Shown here: piece by piece, positions 1 through 7,227 of the stretch
Position numbering within the stretch: position 1 is the stretch's first letter
Layout: every line of letters starts with the position of its first letter
Source: Nitrospirota bacterium
Lineage (GTDB): Bacteria; Nitrospirota; UBA9217
Direction of reading: 5' to 3'
DNA length: 22,516 nt
NCBI GenBank assembly: GCA_035623825.1
Contig: DASPSR010000012.1
Span: 1 to 22,516 of the forward strand
Translations under genes and position numbers: made by a program
The notes under the pieces: generated by a model
Told to the model about the DNA's origin: nothing
The model's input: the letters and a program-made list of their open reading frames with translations, nothing else
The model's database searches: none

Positions 1-714
1 GGTCTGGGTGTAGTACTCTGACCTGTTGTAGCTGCTGTTCGCGATTACGACCGGCGGGTTGCTGGTGAAGGTCACGCCGTCAACGGTGTCGCCACCGCCA
101 CGGAGCAGGCGGTAAACGCCAGTCGCCAGATTCTCGGACCCGACAACTGTCGGCTGGGCGCCGTACGAACCGGAGGTCCAGATGGCCTGGCCGGTCTTGC
201 CATATGCGCCCGTCGTCAGATAGCGGCCTTTGCCATGCATGTCATGGCAGCTGGTGCAGGCGAGCTGACCGCCCGGATACGTGCCGCCAGGGGCCGTGAC
301 GTTGGTGGGGTCGGCAACATAAACGCCGCCGCTGTAGCCGGCAGCAATAATGTTATGGCCATGGGTGTCGCCCAGGTCAGTGGTCGCTCCGCCGCGGACC
401 GTGAAGTAATAGCTCTTATGCAGCCAGCCGAAGTCACCACCGGGGCCTTCATTGGCCGGCGGGGTGCCCGCGGGCATGGTTGAATCGGGGCTTGCTACAT
501 GGTAGCTGGACTGACCAGCCGCACCATGGCAGCTCAGACAGGTGGAACTGTCATCGACGGCGATCAACAGGTTGGCATTTGCCGCATTGTGCATCTGATG
601 GCAGCCGACGCACTCGGCGACGCCGCCCGCATGGAACGCGAAGCTGATTCCGCTCAGCCCGAAGACTACCGCGGCTGCAGCGACAAGGATAAGGCTTAAC
701 TTGTAAATCTTCAT
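1..714 (-). CDS. omcS: OmcS-family multiheme c-type cytochrome (nanowire subunit homolog), 3' part beyond window edge
   Basis: Absent from the ORF track; translated by hand from ATG 714 (GGAGG SD at 723-727), open to position 1. Signal peptide, then FHAGGVAECVGCHQMHN...CLSCH...SSYHV...MPAGTPP...PGGDFGW...GHNIIA...TAPGGTYP..QLACTSCHDMHGK...SGSY...GVYRLL...YNRSE..TQT, collinear with Geobacter OmcS as recalled. CxxCH motifs at 598-612, 526-540 and 244-258. Confidence 0.93.
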   Translation of the reverse strand, partial: MKIYKLSLILVAAAAVVFGLSGISFAFHAGGVAECVGCHQMHNAANANLLIAVDDSSTCLSCHGAAGQSSYHVASPDSTMPAGTPPANEGPGGDFGWLHKSYYFTVRGGATTDLGDTHGHNIIAAGYSGGVYVADPTNVTAPGGTYPGGQLACTSCHDMHGKGRYLTTGAYGKTGQAIWTSGSYGAQPTVVGSENLATGVYRLLRGGGDTVDGVTFTSNPPVVIANSSYNRSEYYTQT

Positions 715-742
715 TTTAGAATCCTCCAAATTGATGCTTGAG

Positions 743-822
743 CTCCGGCAGCCCGGCCGTCCCGCTTTCGGGACCCGTTGGCTTTGTGTCCCCGCCTTGC
801 GACGGGTTTACTCTTTTCGGAG
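743..822 (-). ncRNA. GEMM-I (c-di-GMP-I class) riboswitch, A20 variant predicted to sense 3',3'-cyclic AMP-GMP
   Basis: Transcript CUCCGAAAAGAGUAAACCCGUCGCAAGGCGGGGACACAAAGCCAACGGGUCCCGAAAGCGGGACGGCCGGGCUGCCGGAG. P1 is CUCCG/CGGAG; P2 has the AAA/GAC internal loop and a GCAA (GNRA) tetraloop; then the CAAAGCC junction, P3 and the 3' UGCCG. Ends 28 nt upstream of the omcS-like ATG. Confidence 0.93.
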
Positions 823-1004
823 GATAGAGTGTGTCGGCTTGGCCGACATGAGTACAACGTGCTTCTTGCTGCTTACTACTGCCCACTTTTTTTATTCTAT
901 TCCGGCTTTCACCTCCTCCATTACGAATGCTCCTTTCATGTGTTTCTCAGTTCAGTCTATTCCTGTAATTTTGTGGTGATACATTATTTTATATTACTAT
1001 AGTA

Positions 1005-1020
1005 TGCATTCTTCATACCA
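1005..1020 (-). promoter_or_regulatory. Candidate sigma54 (-24/-12) promoter of the omcS-like gene
   Basis: Minus strand TGGTATGAAGAATGCA has exact GG-N10-GC spacing and resembles the TGGCAC-N5-TTGC consensus; predicted start site near 994. Confidence 0.7.
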
Positions 1021-1038
1021 TAATAATAAGTCTTGTAA

Positions 1039-1051
1039 AATCAGTGTGTTA
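1039..1051. promoter_or_regulatory. Candidate IHF binding site
   Basis: AATCAGTGTGTTA matches WATCAR-N4-TTR in AT-rich DNA, about 50 bp upstream of the predicted sigma54 start site. Confidence 0.55.
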
Positions 1052-1083
1052 ATTATTTTAATGCGTTAAAACTTAGAAAAACA

Positions 1084-1119
1084 TGGGCAAATAGGCCATA
1101 TAAATAGGCGATATGACCA
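1084..1119. promoter_or_regulatory. Candidate tandem enhancer (bEBP) sites
   Basis: Two similar imperfect palindromes, TGGGCAAATAGGCCA (1084-1098) and TAGGCGATATGACCA (1105-1119), 21 bp apart, about -90 to -125 from the predicted start site. Confidence 0.4.
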
Positions 1120-1713
1120 AAAGTATTATAGAATTTATCAGTATAGAGTTTATGTTAATTATCAGATAGATATAGAATTTCAATGAAAAGTTACAGAAAA
1201 GGCGCACGCTGAGAAGAGTTAGACTTAAATCTTCGAGTCAATTACCGGGATATAACAAGTCAACTAATAAGCTTCTTTATTTGCTGCTGGGTATATTCTT
1301 TCCGCAGCAACGGCAACAGAACGTTTTTTTTGCAAGTAGAATGATGAGAGGAAAGACGAGTCTAAAATAGGTGATTGCAGTAGAAGACGAACTGGAACGG
1401 TACATCTGTCATGTTCAATTTATTTTTCAACTTGCCATTAGACCACACCGTCCATGAAGAGTTAATCGCCCGGAAGGCGATGACTTTCACGAGGGAGCTA
1501 CCCCCTTTCATCAAGAACAGCTTGCCACATCATCTTTTAGCTTCATCAGGAAACGCTTTAGACCATGGCTAGACAAGCATTGGTTAATCTATTTGCTCTT
1601 TGTGTGGCAACATTTGTGCGGATGGGTCAAGGAGCGCATCGAAGGCCTAACTGCGGATCTTGGCTTTTGCGAATATGTATTAAGAAACAATTTCTTCAGG
1701 TGAAGCACTCAGG

Positions 1714-2511
1714 TCAGAAATAGTATGTGTATCCGACGCTCAAGCTGAAACCCGCGACCCGAATATCGTACCCATCTCCGTAAATGCGCGGAGCGGCATA
1801 ACTGAATGATATCCCGATGTGCTTCCAGTTCGCCTCGAGGAAGTTGGTCCACGCGAGACGCGGTTCAAAGGTCGTGTTCTTCGTGTATACAACCTCTCCG
1901 GTGGACATCTGCGCGGTACCGCTATAGCGGGCTCCTCCGACACCGACGCCGAGCCCGAGCCGAATGAACGTTCCCTTGTATCGGTGTTCGCCCCACTGAT
2001 AATAGAGCGTCGGGACGGCATACAAGATATAGCCATGCACCTCTGTTCCTAAGTTCACGAAATCATTTCCAGCGACATCCTGCTTCTTCATGTCGAAGTT
2101 CACATAACTCACCTTGAATGTGTAACCAAAGTGCGTGTCCTTGATGAAGGTGGGCTTTGACCCATAACTTAAAAAAAGGGCGCTGTCGTCGCGCTGAACC
2201 ATAGTAGCCGTAGCACCGTCGCTGCTGCGCTTGAGGTCCATCTTCCACTGCACAACGCCATATCCTACTCTGAGGTGCGCCTCGTCAGTTAGTCCTTTCC
2301 AGACCGTGCTTAAAAAACCGTTCGTCCCTTCTTCCTTGGCTGCTTGGGTTGTACCGGTTACCTCCGATGCGAGGGGGAATTCCCCCTGGGGATGAGCGTC
2401 TGAAGCGAATGCTGTCGTACTAATGCAGAAAAGGATGGAAAGAGCGAGGGCCAAGATTTGAATCGGCGCCCACCTGTAAACCCTAATGGTCCTCCAACGA
2501 TGATCGGTCAT
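1714..2511 (-). CDS. Putative outer-membrane beta-barrel protein
   Basis: Signal-like segment ending TAFA, alternating Gly/aromatic strands, C-terminal SVGYTYYF BAM-type signal. ATG 2511 preferred because the ORF-track start (2562) overlaps the upstream gene. Confidence 0.72.
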   Translation of the reverse strand: MTDHRWRTIRVYRWAPIQILALALSILFCISTTAFASDAHPQGEFPLASEVTGTTQAAKEEGTNGFLSTVWKGLTDEAHLRVGYGVVQWKMDLKRSSDGATATMVQRDDSALFLSYGSKPTFIKDTHFGYTFKVSYVNFDMKKQDVAGNDFVNLGTEVHGYILYAVPTLYYQWGEHRYKGTFIRLGLGVGVGGARYSGTAQMSTGEVVYTKNTTFEPRLAWTNFLEANWKHIGISFSYAAPRIYGDGYDIRVAGFSLSVGYTYYF

Positions 2512-2527
2512 AAGCACCGTATCATTA

Positions 2528-2992
2528 TCAGCGGACGACCGGTATTTTTTTGGCAAGGTCATAGTTGATCACCGATTGGATCTTGTTCTCGAGCTGGAAG
2601 TACCGTGCCACCTGCTTTGGGGGAAGAACAGCGCTGAACTTCTTCACATAGGCCTCTTTAAGCTTCAACTGCTCCCGTTCGATTTTGAGAAACTCGTGAA
2701 GCATGGCTGTGGCCTGATCGTCCGTCAGGGTCTCATAGTCCCTGAGGTAATCGGCAATGAGACGCGATGACCGGTCATGCACCGGCCGTAGGGCATTCTG
2801 GTATTCTTCGTACAGTGGCCAAAAAACAGCATTCTCCTGCCCGCGGAGCTCAAGAGTGGCGGCAATGATATTTTTCTTGTTAGAGAGAATATCGGCCCGT
2901 GTCTTTTCGAGGTCCTGCTGGTCTTGGGCGTACGCCGCTGCCGACAGAACGAGCAGGGCCGCAGATGCGGTGACTGCCAACAGTTTGCTCAT
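2528..2992 (-). CDS. Exported helical protein (Spy/CpxP-like, FWPLY motif), function unknown
   Basis: AGGGAGGT SD before ATG 2992; signal peptide ending AAYA; all-helical charged mature region with FWPLYEEYQ and VLPPKQVARYFQLE. Confidence 0.75.
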   Translation of the reverse strand: MSKLLAVTASAALLVLSAAAYAQDQQDLEKTRADILSNKKNIIAATLELRGQENAVFWPLYEEYQNALRPVHDRSSRLIADYLRDYETLTDDQATAMLHEFLKIEREQLKLKEAYVKKFSAVLPPKQVARYFQLENKIQSVINYDLAKKIPVVR

Positions 2993-3151
2993 GAATACCT
3001 CCCTTATCAGGTGATCAATCCCATCAGTTGCTAAATTACGGCCTGCTTCAAGGCAGGAACCCATGCCACTGAAATAAATATACTTATCCCAACCTTCAGA
3101 CATCCATCAGACGTAAATCGGCCATTTGTTAAGCTGAACAATTCGGTGCGA

Positions 3152-4126
3152 TCAGAACCATAGCCACTGCCAGGAGATCCCTATCGTGTCGAATGACGAG
3201 CCTATACGGGTAGATACACCCCGGGACCAAGCCAGCTTCAACGACTGCTGGAGCGTAATAGGGACCGCGAACGTCAACCCTACGCGGGTATTGTCTTGCC
3301 TGTCGTTCTGGCGCTGGCCGTCGACGATCGACGATCCACCTGTGTAGTAGGTGAAGTCAAATGCCGCCCACATCCTCGATTGAAAATTGTAGACGATGTG
3401 TGTCTGGAAGGTCGCGAGCGGGTCCTGCCTTTTTACATGGCCACCGAAATAGTTGTCGTTGGCTGTGAACAGCCAGACCCCTGCGTAGAATTCGAAAAAC
3501 CAATCTCCGATAGGCTGCGAAAGGCCCAGCTCCGGCTTGAACGACCAGCGGTTCGACCCGATGTTGACCAACTTCGACGGGTCATACTGGCCGAAGGGGG
3601 CGATAACGGTTAGGCTCGTGCCCAGTGTCGTCTCCGGTTTGTGTCGGAAAAATTCGAGCGGCGTCATCGCCGGCCCTCCCATAAGGTTCACGGCAAACCG
3701 CAGCCCCGGGTCGGCAAGACCAGAACGGCCAGCGCTGCGGGCCACATCCTGCACATCACCATGGATATTACCCCACGCATAGGGTATCACGGCGGTAGCG
3801 CTCGCTTGCCGCCCGAATAGTCCGAATGTCCGCGCGTAATAAGGCAGAACACTGTAGACCCTCGCTTGTACGTTTGTGATCGGCACGGATGGGTCAAAAG
3901 CGGCGCCTCCGCTCGAGTAGGCGTAGCCTATGCCTAAGAAGTTCGCGCCCACGGGCGATGGCGAGTAGGCGCGGGGTTCGAGCTGCTGCGCCTGCGCCGC
4001 TCTTGCGCCTCCGAACAGTATCGCAAGGGCAAAGCACGATGATATGAACACGGCTACGTGCTTTAAGCAGGACCACCTTCGATTTGTCATCCATTCATGC
4101 ATTAGTTGTCTTTTTGCCCGTTTCAC
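3152..4126 (-). CDS. Outer-membrane channel, Phenol_MetA_deg ('transporter') family
   Basis: QQLEPRAYSPSP N-terminus, GLADP, APFGQYD..KLVNIGSNRW.FKPELG motifs, C-terminal WQWLWF. The true start may be downstream (e.g. 4090). Confidence 0.85.
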   Translation of the reverse strand: MKRAKRQLMHEWMTNRRWSCLKHVAVFISSCFALAILFGGARAAQAQQLEPRAYSPSPVGANFLGIGYAYSSGGAAFDPSVPITNVQARVYSVLPYYARTFGLFGRQASATAVIPYAWGNIHGDVQDVARSAGRSGLADPGLRFAVNLMGGPAMTPLEFFRHKPETTLGTSLTVIAPFGQYDPSKLVNIGSNRWSFKPELGLSQPIGDWFFEFYAGVWLFTANDNYFGGHVKRQDPLATFQTHIVYNFQSRMWAAFDFTYYTGGSSIVDGQRQNDRQDNTRVGLTFAVPITLQQSLKLAWSRGVSTRIGSSFDTIGISWQWLWF

Positions 4127-4127
4127 A

Positions 4128-5513
4128 TCATAAATCTAAATCCGGCTTCTCCTTGAGAGTCCCAAGCCGTTCACGGACAAGTCTGATGTGCATGCGCAAC
4201 GTATACACCTGGTTCGCGTAGAAAAGAGGTACACGGAGACGGCTCGCCTTCTCCTCAAGCCGATCAAGCCATTCGCTGAGATCGCCAATGTTTCGTCCTG
4301 CAGCTCTGTTTTCCAGGTCTTTCTCAAGGGATCTCAATTCACCGTATAGCCGGTTGATCCGCCACCGAATTTCCATTGCGTATAGTCCCGGCATAAACCT
4401 CAATAAAGGATAGAAAACGCCGATCAGCGGAATGAGCAGGATGATCAGCCGGTCTATCATCACTGCCATCCAGAAAGGAAGGTGACGCTGGAGGAAAGGA
4501 CGCCCCGACCTGTAGAATTGGCGGGCATTATCGCTCAGGGGAAGGTCGATCGATTCTGCGGCTGGAAACTGTCCAGCTTTTTGAAAGATACCGGGTCCGG
4601 AATGGATCTGCTGCGCAGCATCGAGCAGCAAGTACTGGATTGCCGGATGCAGGTCCTTACGCACAACCAGGCTGGCCTTTGGCGCAAACAGGATGACGTC
4701 TTTGGGCGGCAGGTTCTTCGCCAGATCGCCAACACCGGCGGGTACCGTCAGCTTGTTCAAAAAAGGATACAGTGCAACATAAGCATCTGTACGAGGGAAG
4801 CTCACGAGATCGATGCGCTCGTCAGAAATAAGCCGCCGAACTATTGGAGAGTCCCAGGAGGTCATCATGAACGCGGCATCTATCTTGCCCCGGAGCAGCT
4901 TTTCGCCTGCCTCCCGGTGTGGAAGTGAAAGCAATTGCGCGAAACTCTTGTCGATACCGTTCCGGGTGAGAAGTTCAAGCGCGATCGCCCTGGTGCCGCT
5001 GCCTTCGGGTCCGATCGATATTCTCCGACCTTTCAAGAACTCTAATCCCTTTCCCTGCATGAACTTGACATCTAGGTTTCTGCCTCGTATGGCCCCTCGA
5101 TAAAAGAACCAGAGGGGCTCATAGAATACCGTGCCGAGAGACTCAAGATCAGGGGATTCCCGCTCATTCGTTATGCCTCCCTGTAGAAGACCAACCTCGA
5201 CGCGTGACTTTGGGTCACGCAACCGTGCCAGGTTCTCCACAGCTCCGCCGGTCGAGAGTAGCTGAAGTTTGATTCCGTCCCGCGCTAGCAGTTCTTGATA
5301 GCGTTTCCCCATCTCATAAAATCCGCCGCCCTCAGGCCCGGTGGCCATGATTACGCTGCGCGGCGGCAACGGACGCAGCGCAGCGATGGCCACCCATAGA
5401 AGAGCAACAATGATCAATAGCCCGGCAATCACAGGGATTATGAGATTAACGCGACGAGCGCGGAAATAATCACCGATATTCCTGCTGCGAGTTCTTTTGT
5501 CTAATGAATCCAT
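4128..5513 (-). CDS. TAXI-family TRAP solute-binding protein with N-terminal anchor and C-terminal TM/coiled-coil extension
   Basis: MATGPEGGGF, STGGAVENL, FYEPLW and ISIGPEGSGT motifs; hydrophobic segments at the N-terminus and near residues 346-375. Confidence 0.88.
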   Translation of the reverse strand: MDSLDKRTRSRNIGDYFRARRVNLIIPVIAGLLIIVALLWVAIAALRPLPPRSVIMATGPEGGGFYEMGKRYQELLARDGIKLQLLSTGGAVENLARLRDPKSRVEVGLLQGGITNERESPDLESLGTVFYEPLWFFYRGAIRGRNLDVKFMQGKGLEFLKGRRISIGPEGSGTRAIALELLTRNGIDKSFAQLLSLPHREAGEKLLRGKIDAAFMMTSWDSPIVRRLISDERIDLVSFPRTDAYVALYPFLNKLTVPAGVGDLAKNLPPKDVILFAPKASLVVRKDLHPAIQYLLLDAAQQIHSGPGIFQKAGQFPAAESIDLPLSDNARQFYRSGRPFLQRHLPFWMAVMIDRLIILLIPLIGVFYPLLRFMPGLYAMEIRWRINRLYGELRSLEKDLENRAAGRNIGDLSEWLDRLEEKASRLRVPLFYANQVYTLRMHIRLVRERLGTLKEKPDLDL

Positions 5514-5599
5514 AGTCTGTCTCCTGGGAATGGATACTGCGGAAAGGCCGGCTCAGAGGCGTATCTTTGCACAACCTTTAAATGCCACGCTTTAAGTGT

Positions 5600-7150
5600 T
5601 CATTCATTGCGATCCTCCACTTCATGCTTTGCGCTCCGGGCCATTTTTACCAGTTCCCAGTACGGAGGCGCATATCCTCTCTCGCTTTGGAACAACGCGG
5701 CCTTCTTGCTGAGACGTGCTGCTATGTCGTCGTGCCTTTTTGAGAACCAGACGTTCCGCAGCGCCGCAGTGGATGACATCCCCTCCGGAACCGGTCCGAC
5801 CTTCCCCATCAGGTTCAGGACCGCGCTGTACGCTTTTGCCAGCCTGACCACGGGCAAAAGATACCACTGGTATTCGAGCTTCTCTCCCTTTTCCGCCCCT
5901 TCGAGCATCACATCTGTAACGGCATTGTCATAATGGTCTTTCTTGAGCGTTTCAAGGTCTCGCCACTCCGCGACCACGGTGAGTTGTGGGTCGTACTCGA
6001 GGTCCGACGGCTCCTGCGTCTCGAAATAGCGGACGCCGAAATCGCTCAGCCATCTCTGCAGACCGGGCGAAGAAATATGGGATATCCCCATCCAGAGCTT
6101 GACGCCGAAGGGCTCGTAAGCGGCAGAAGCGACTTCCGAGCAGAAAAGTTTCGAGTGCTCGTGATAGTTCATCTCGAAGTCATAGGGGATATGTTTCTTT
6201 GTTGCATTATTGTACGCAAGCAGGGCGGCTTTATGCGGGATAATCGGTTCCTTCTTGAGCTGCGGCAGGTCCGCTCGTAGACGCAGCAGCATGACGCGAA
6301 GTTTCTTGTCTTCGAGATACTGCTCAACAGTAGAGACCACTACGCCCCTTTCTATATGCGCCTCGACGATGTTCGCTGTGCGTGTATCTGGATTGACAAA
6401 CACGAAGGCTATGTGCGAGAAGTTGCCTGGATAATCACTCCCGCGGGAAATGAGAGCCGATGTAGGAGCGCCGCCACGGGACACCAGGATATCGCCGCTG
6501 TGGATGTGCACACCCCGGACATCTGCCCAGGGTGTCTGGGAGGGCTCATCCTTTCCCGGAACAAAGTCCGGGACAGTGCCTGCTGGGGTCTGCAGAATGA
6601 CCTCCTCCGCTGCGGCGCGCGATCCATACAGAAGCCGGTATAAGGTATTTCTTGCTGTTAGTGAATTCATGTCCCAGTCTTCGGACCGTTTCTTGATAAC
6701 GGTACGCATATCGGCGATCATTCGGATGTAGTCCATAACTTGCTTATCGCAGGCGCTGACAACAGGACCCATCTCGAACACAAGCTTCTCAAGATCGCGG
6801 AATACCGGGTCTTCAGGGCCTGCAGGCGTTTTATCGATCTCGTACAGAATTCTTTTCACCCTCTGGAATTTCATGGGGAGAGCAGGTACGGCTTTCGTAC
6901 ACCCCCCCTGCTTCAGTGTCCGATATGTGGCTTCCAGAGCATTCCAGTATTCGTCTTGGTTCCATTCAAACGGCTGTTTCTGTGCGATTCCGCCAACGGG
7001 GGGAACGTTTACCCGTTCCCTCGATGGAATGAGCAGAATAATGTAGATAACGAGAAGTATGGCAACAACCCATCCGATGCGGTTCAGGATCTTCCCCGGC
7101 CGTTTCATTCCGGTTGAAGGTGATGATGGCATAGATTCTCGTTCTTTCAT
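5600..7150 (-). CDS. Membrane-anchored permuted papain-like (YiiX/YebB, NlpC/P60) cysteine hydrolase
   Basis: GDILVSRG...FSHIAFV...IVEAH...PYDF...LFCSEV: His precedes Cys, the permuted order; N-terminal TM helix. Confidence 0.85.
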   Translation of the reverse strand: MKERESMPSSPSTGMKRPGKILNRIGWVVAILLVIYIILLIPSRERVNVPPVGGIAQKQPFEWNQDEYWNALEATYRTLKQGGCTKAVPALPMKFQRVKRILYEIDKTPAGPEDPVFRDLEKLVFEMGPVVSACDKQVMDYIRMIADMRTVIKKRSEDWDMNSLTARNTLYRLLYGSRAAAEEVILQTPAGTVPDFVPGKDEPSQTPWADVRGVHIHSGDILVSRGGAPTSALISRGSDYPGNFSHIAFVFVNPDTRTANIVEAHIERGVVVSTVEQYLEDKKLRVMLLRLRADLPQLKKEPIIPHKAALLAYNNATKKHIPYDFEMNYHEHSKLFCSEVASAAYEPFGVKLWMGISHISSPGLQRWLSDFGVRYFETQEPSDLEYDPQLTVVAEWRDLETLKKDHYDNAVTDVMLEGAEKGEKLEYQWYLLPVVRLAKAYSAVLNLMGKVGPVPEGMSSTAALRNVWFSKRHDDIAARLSKKAALFQSERGYAPPYWELVKMARSAKHEVEDRNE

Positions 7151-7227
7151 TCAATCTCCTAAAACGTGGTATCCTTCAACATGGAGTGGGATGCTCTTTC
7201 TAACACGAGGTATTGACCAGCCTTCGT

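Noticed and set aside
216-699. Short ORFs 216..452, 235..483 and 499..699, and a possible frameshift in the omcS-like gene
   Set aside because: They are alternative-frame or antisense shadows. Rechecking the codons shows the 714-to-1 frame is continuous.
731-1002. Plus-strand ORFs 731..979 and 778..1002
   Set aside because: Antisense to the riboswitch and leader, with no SD and unrecognisable sequence.
1281-1310. Inverted repeat TTGCTGC...GCAGCAA as a terminator
   Set aside because: Long loop and no adjacent U-tract on either strand, so function cannot be supported.
1411-1703. Open stretches in the intergenic region (53-aa ORF 1411..1572; a frame at 1458..1703 with no 5' start codon)
   Set aside because: No convincing SD or recognisable motif; a decayed gene cannot be excluded without a search.
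3054-3069. TGGCATGGGTTCCTGC on the minus strand as a sigma54 site
   Set aside because: Spacing is GG-N11-GC; sigma54 requires N10.
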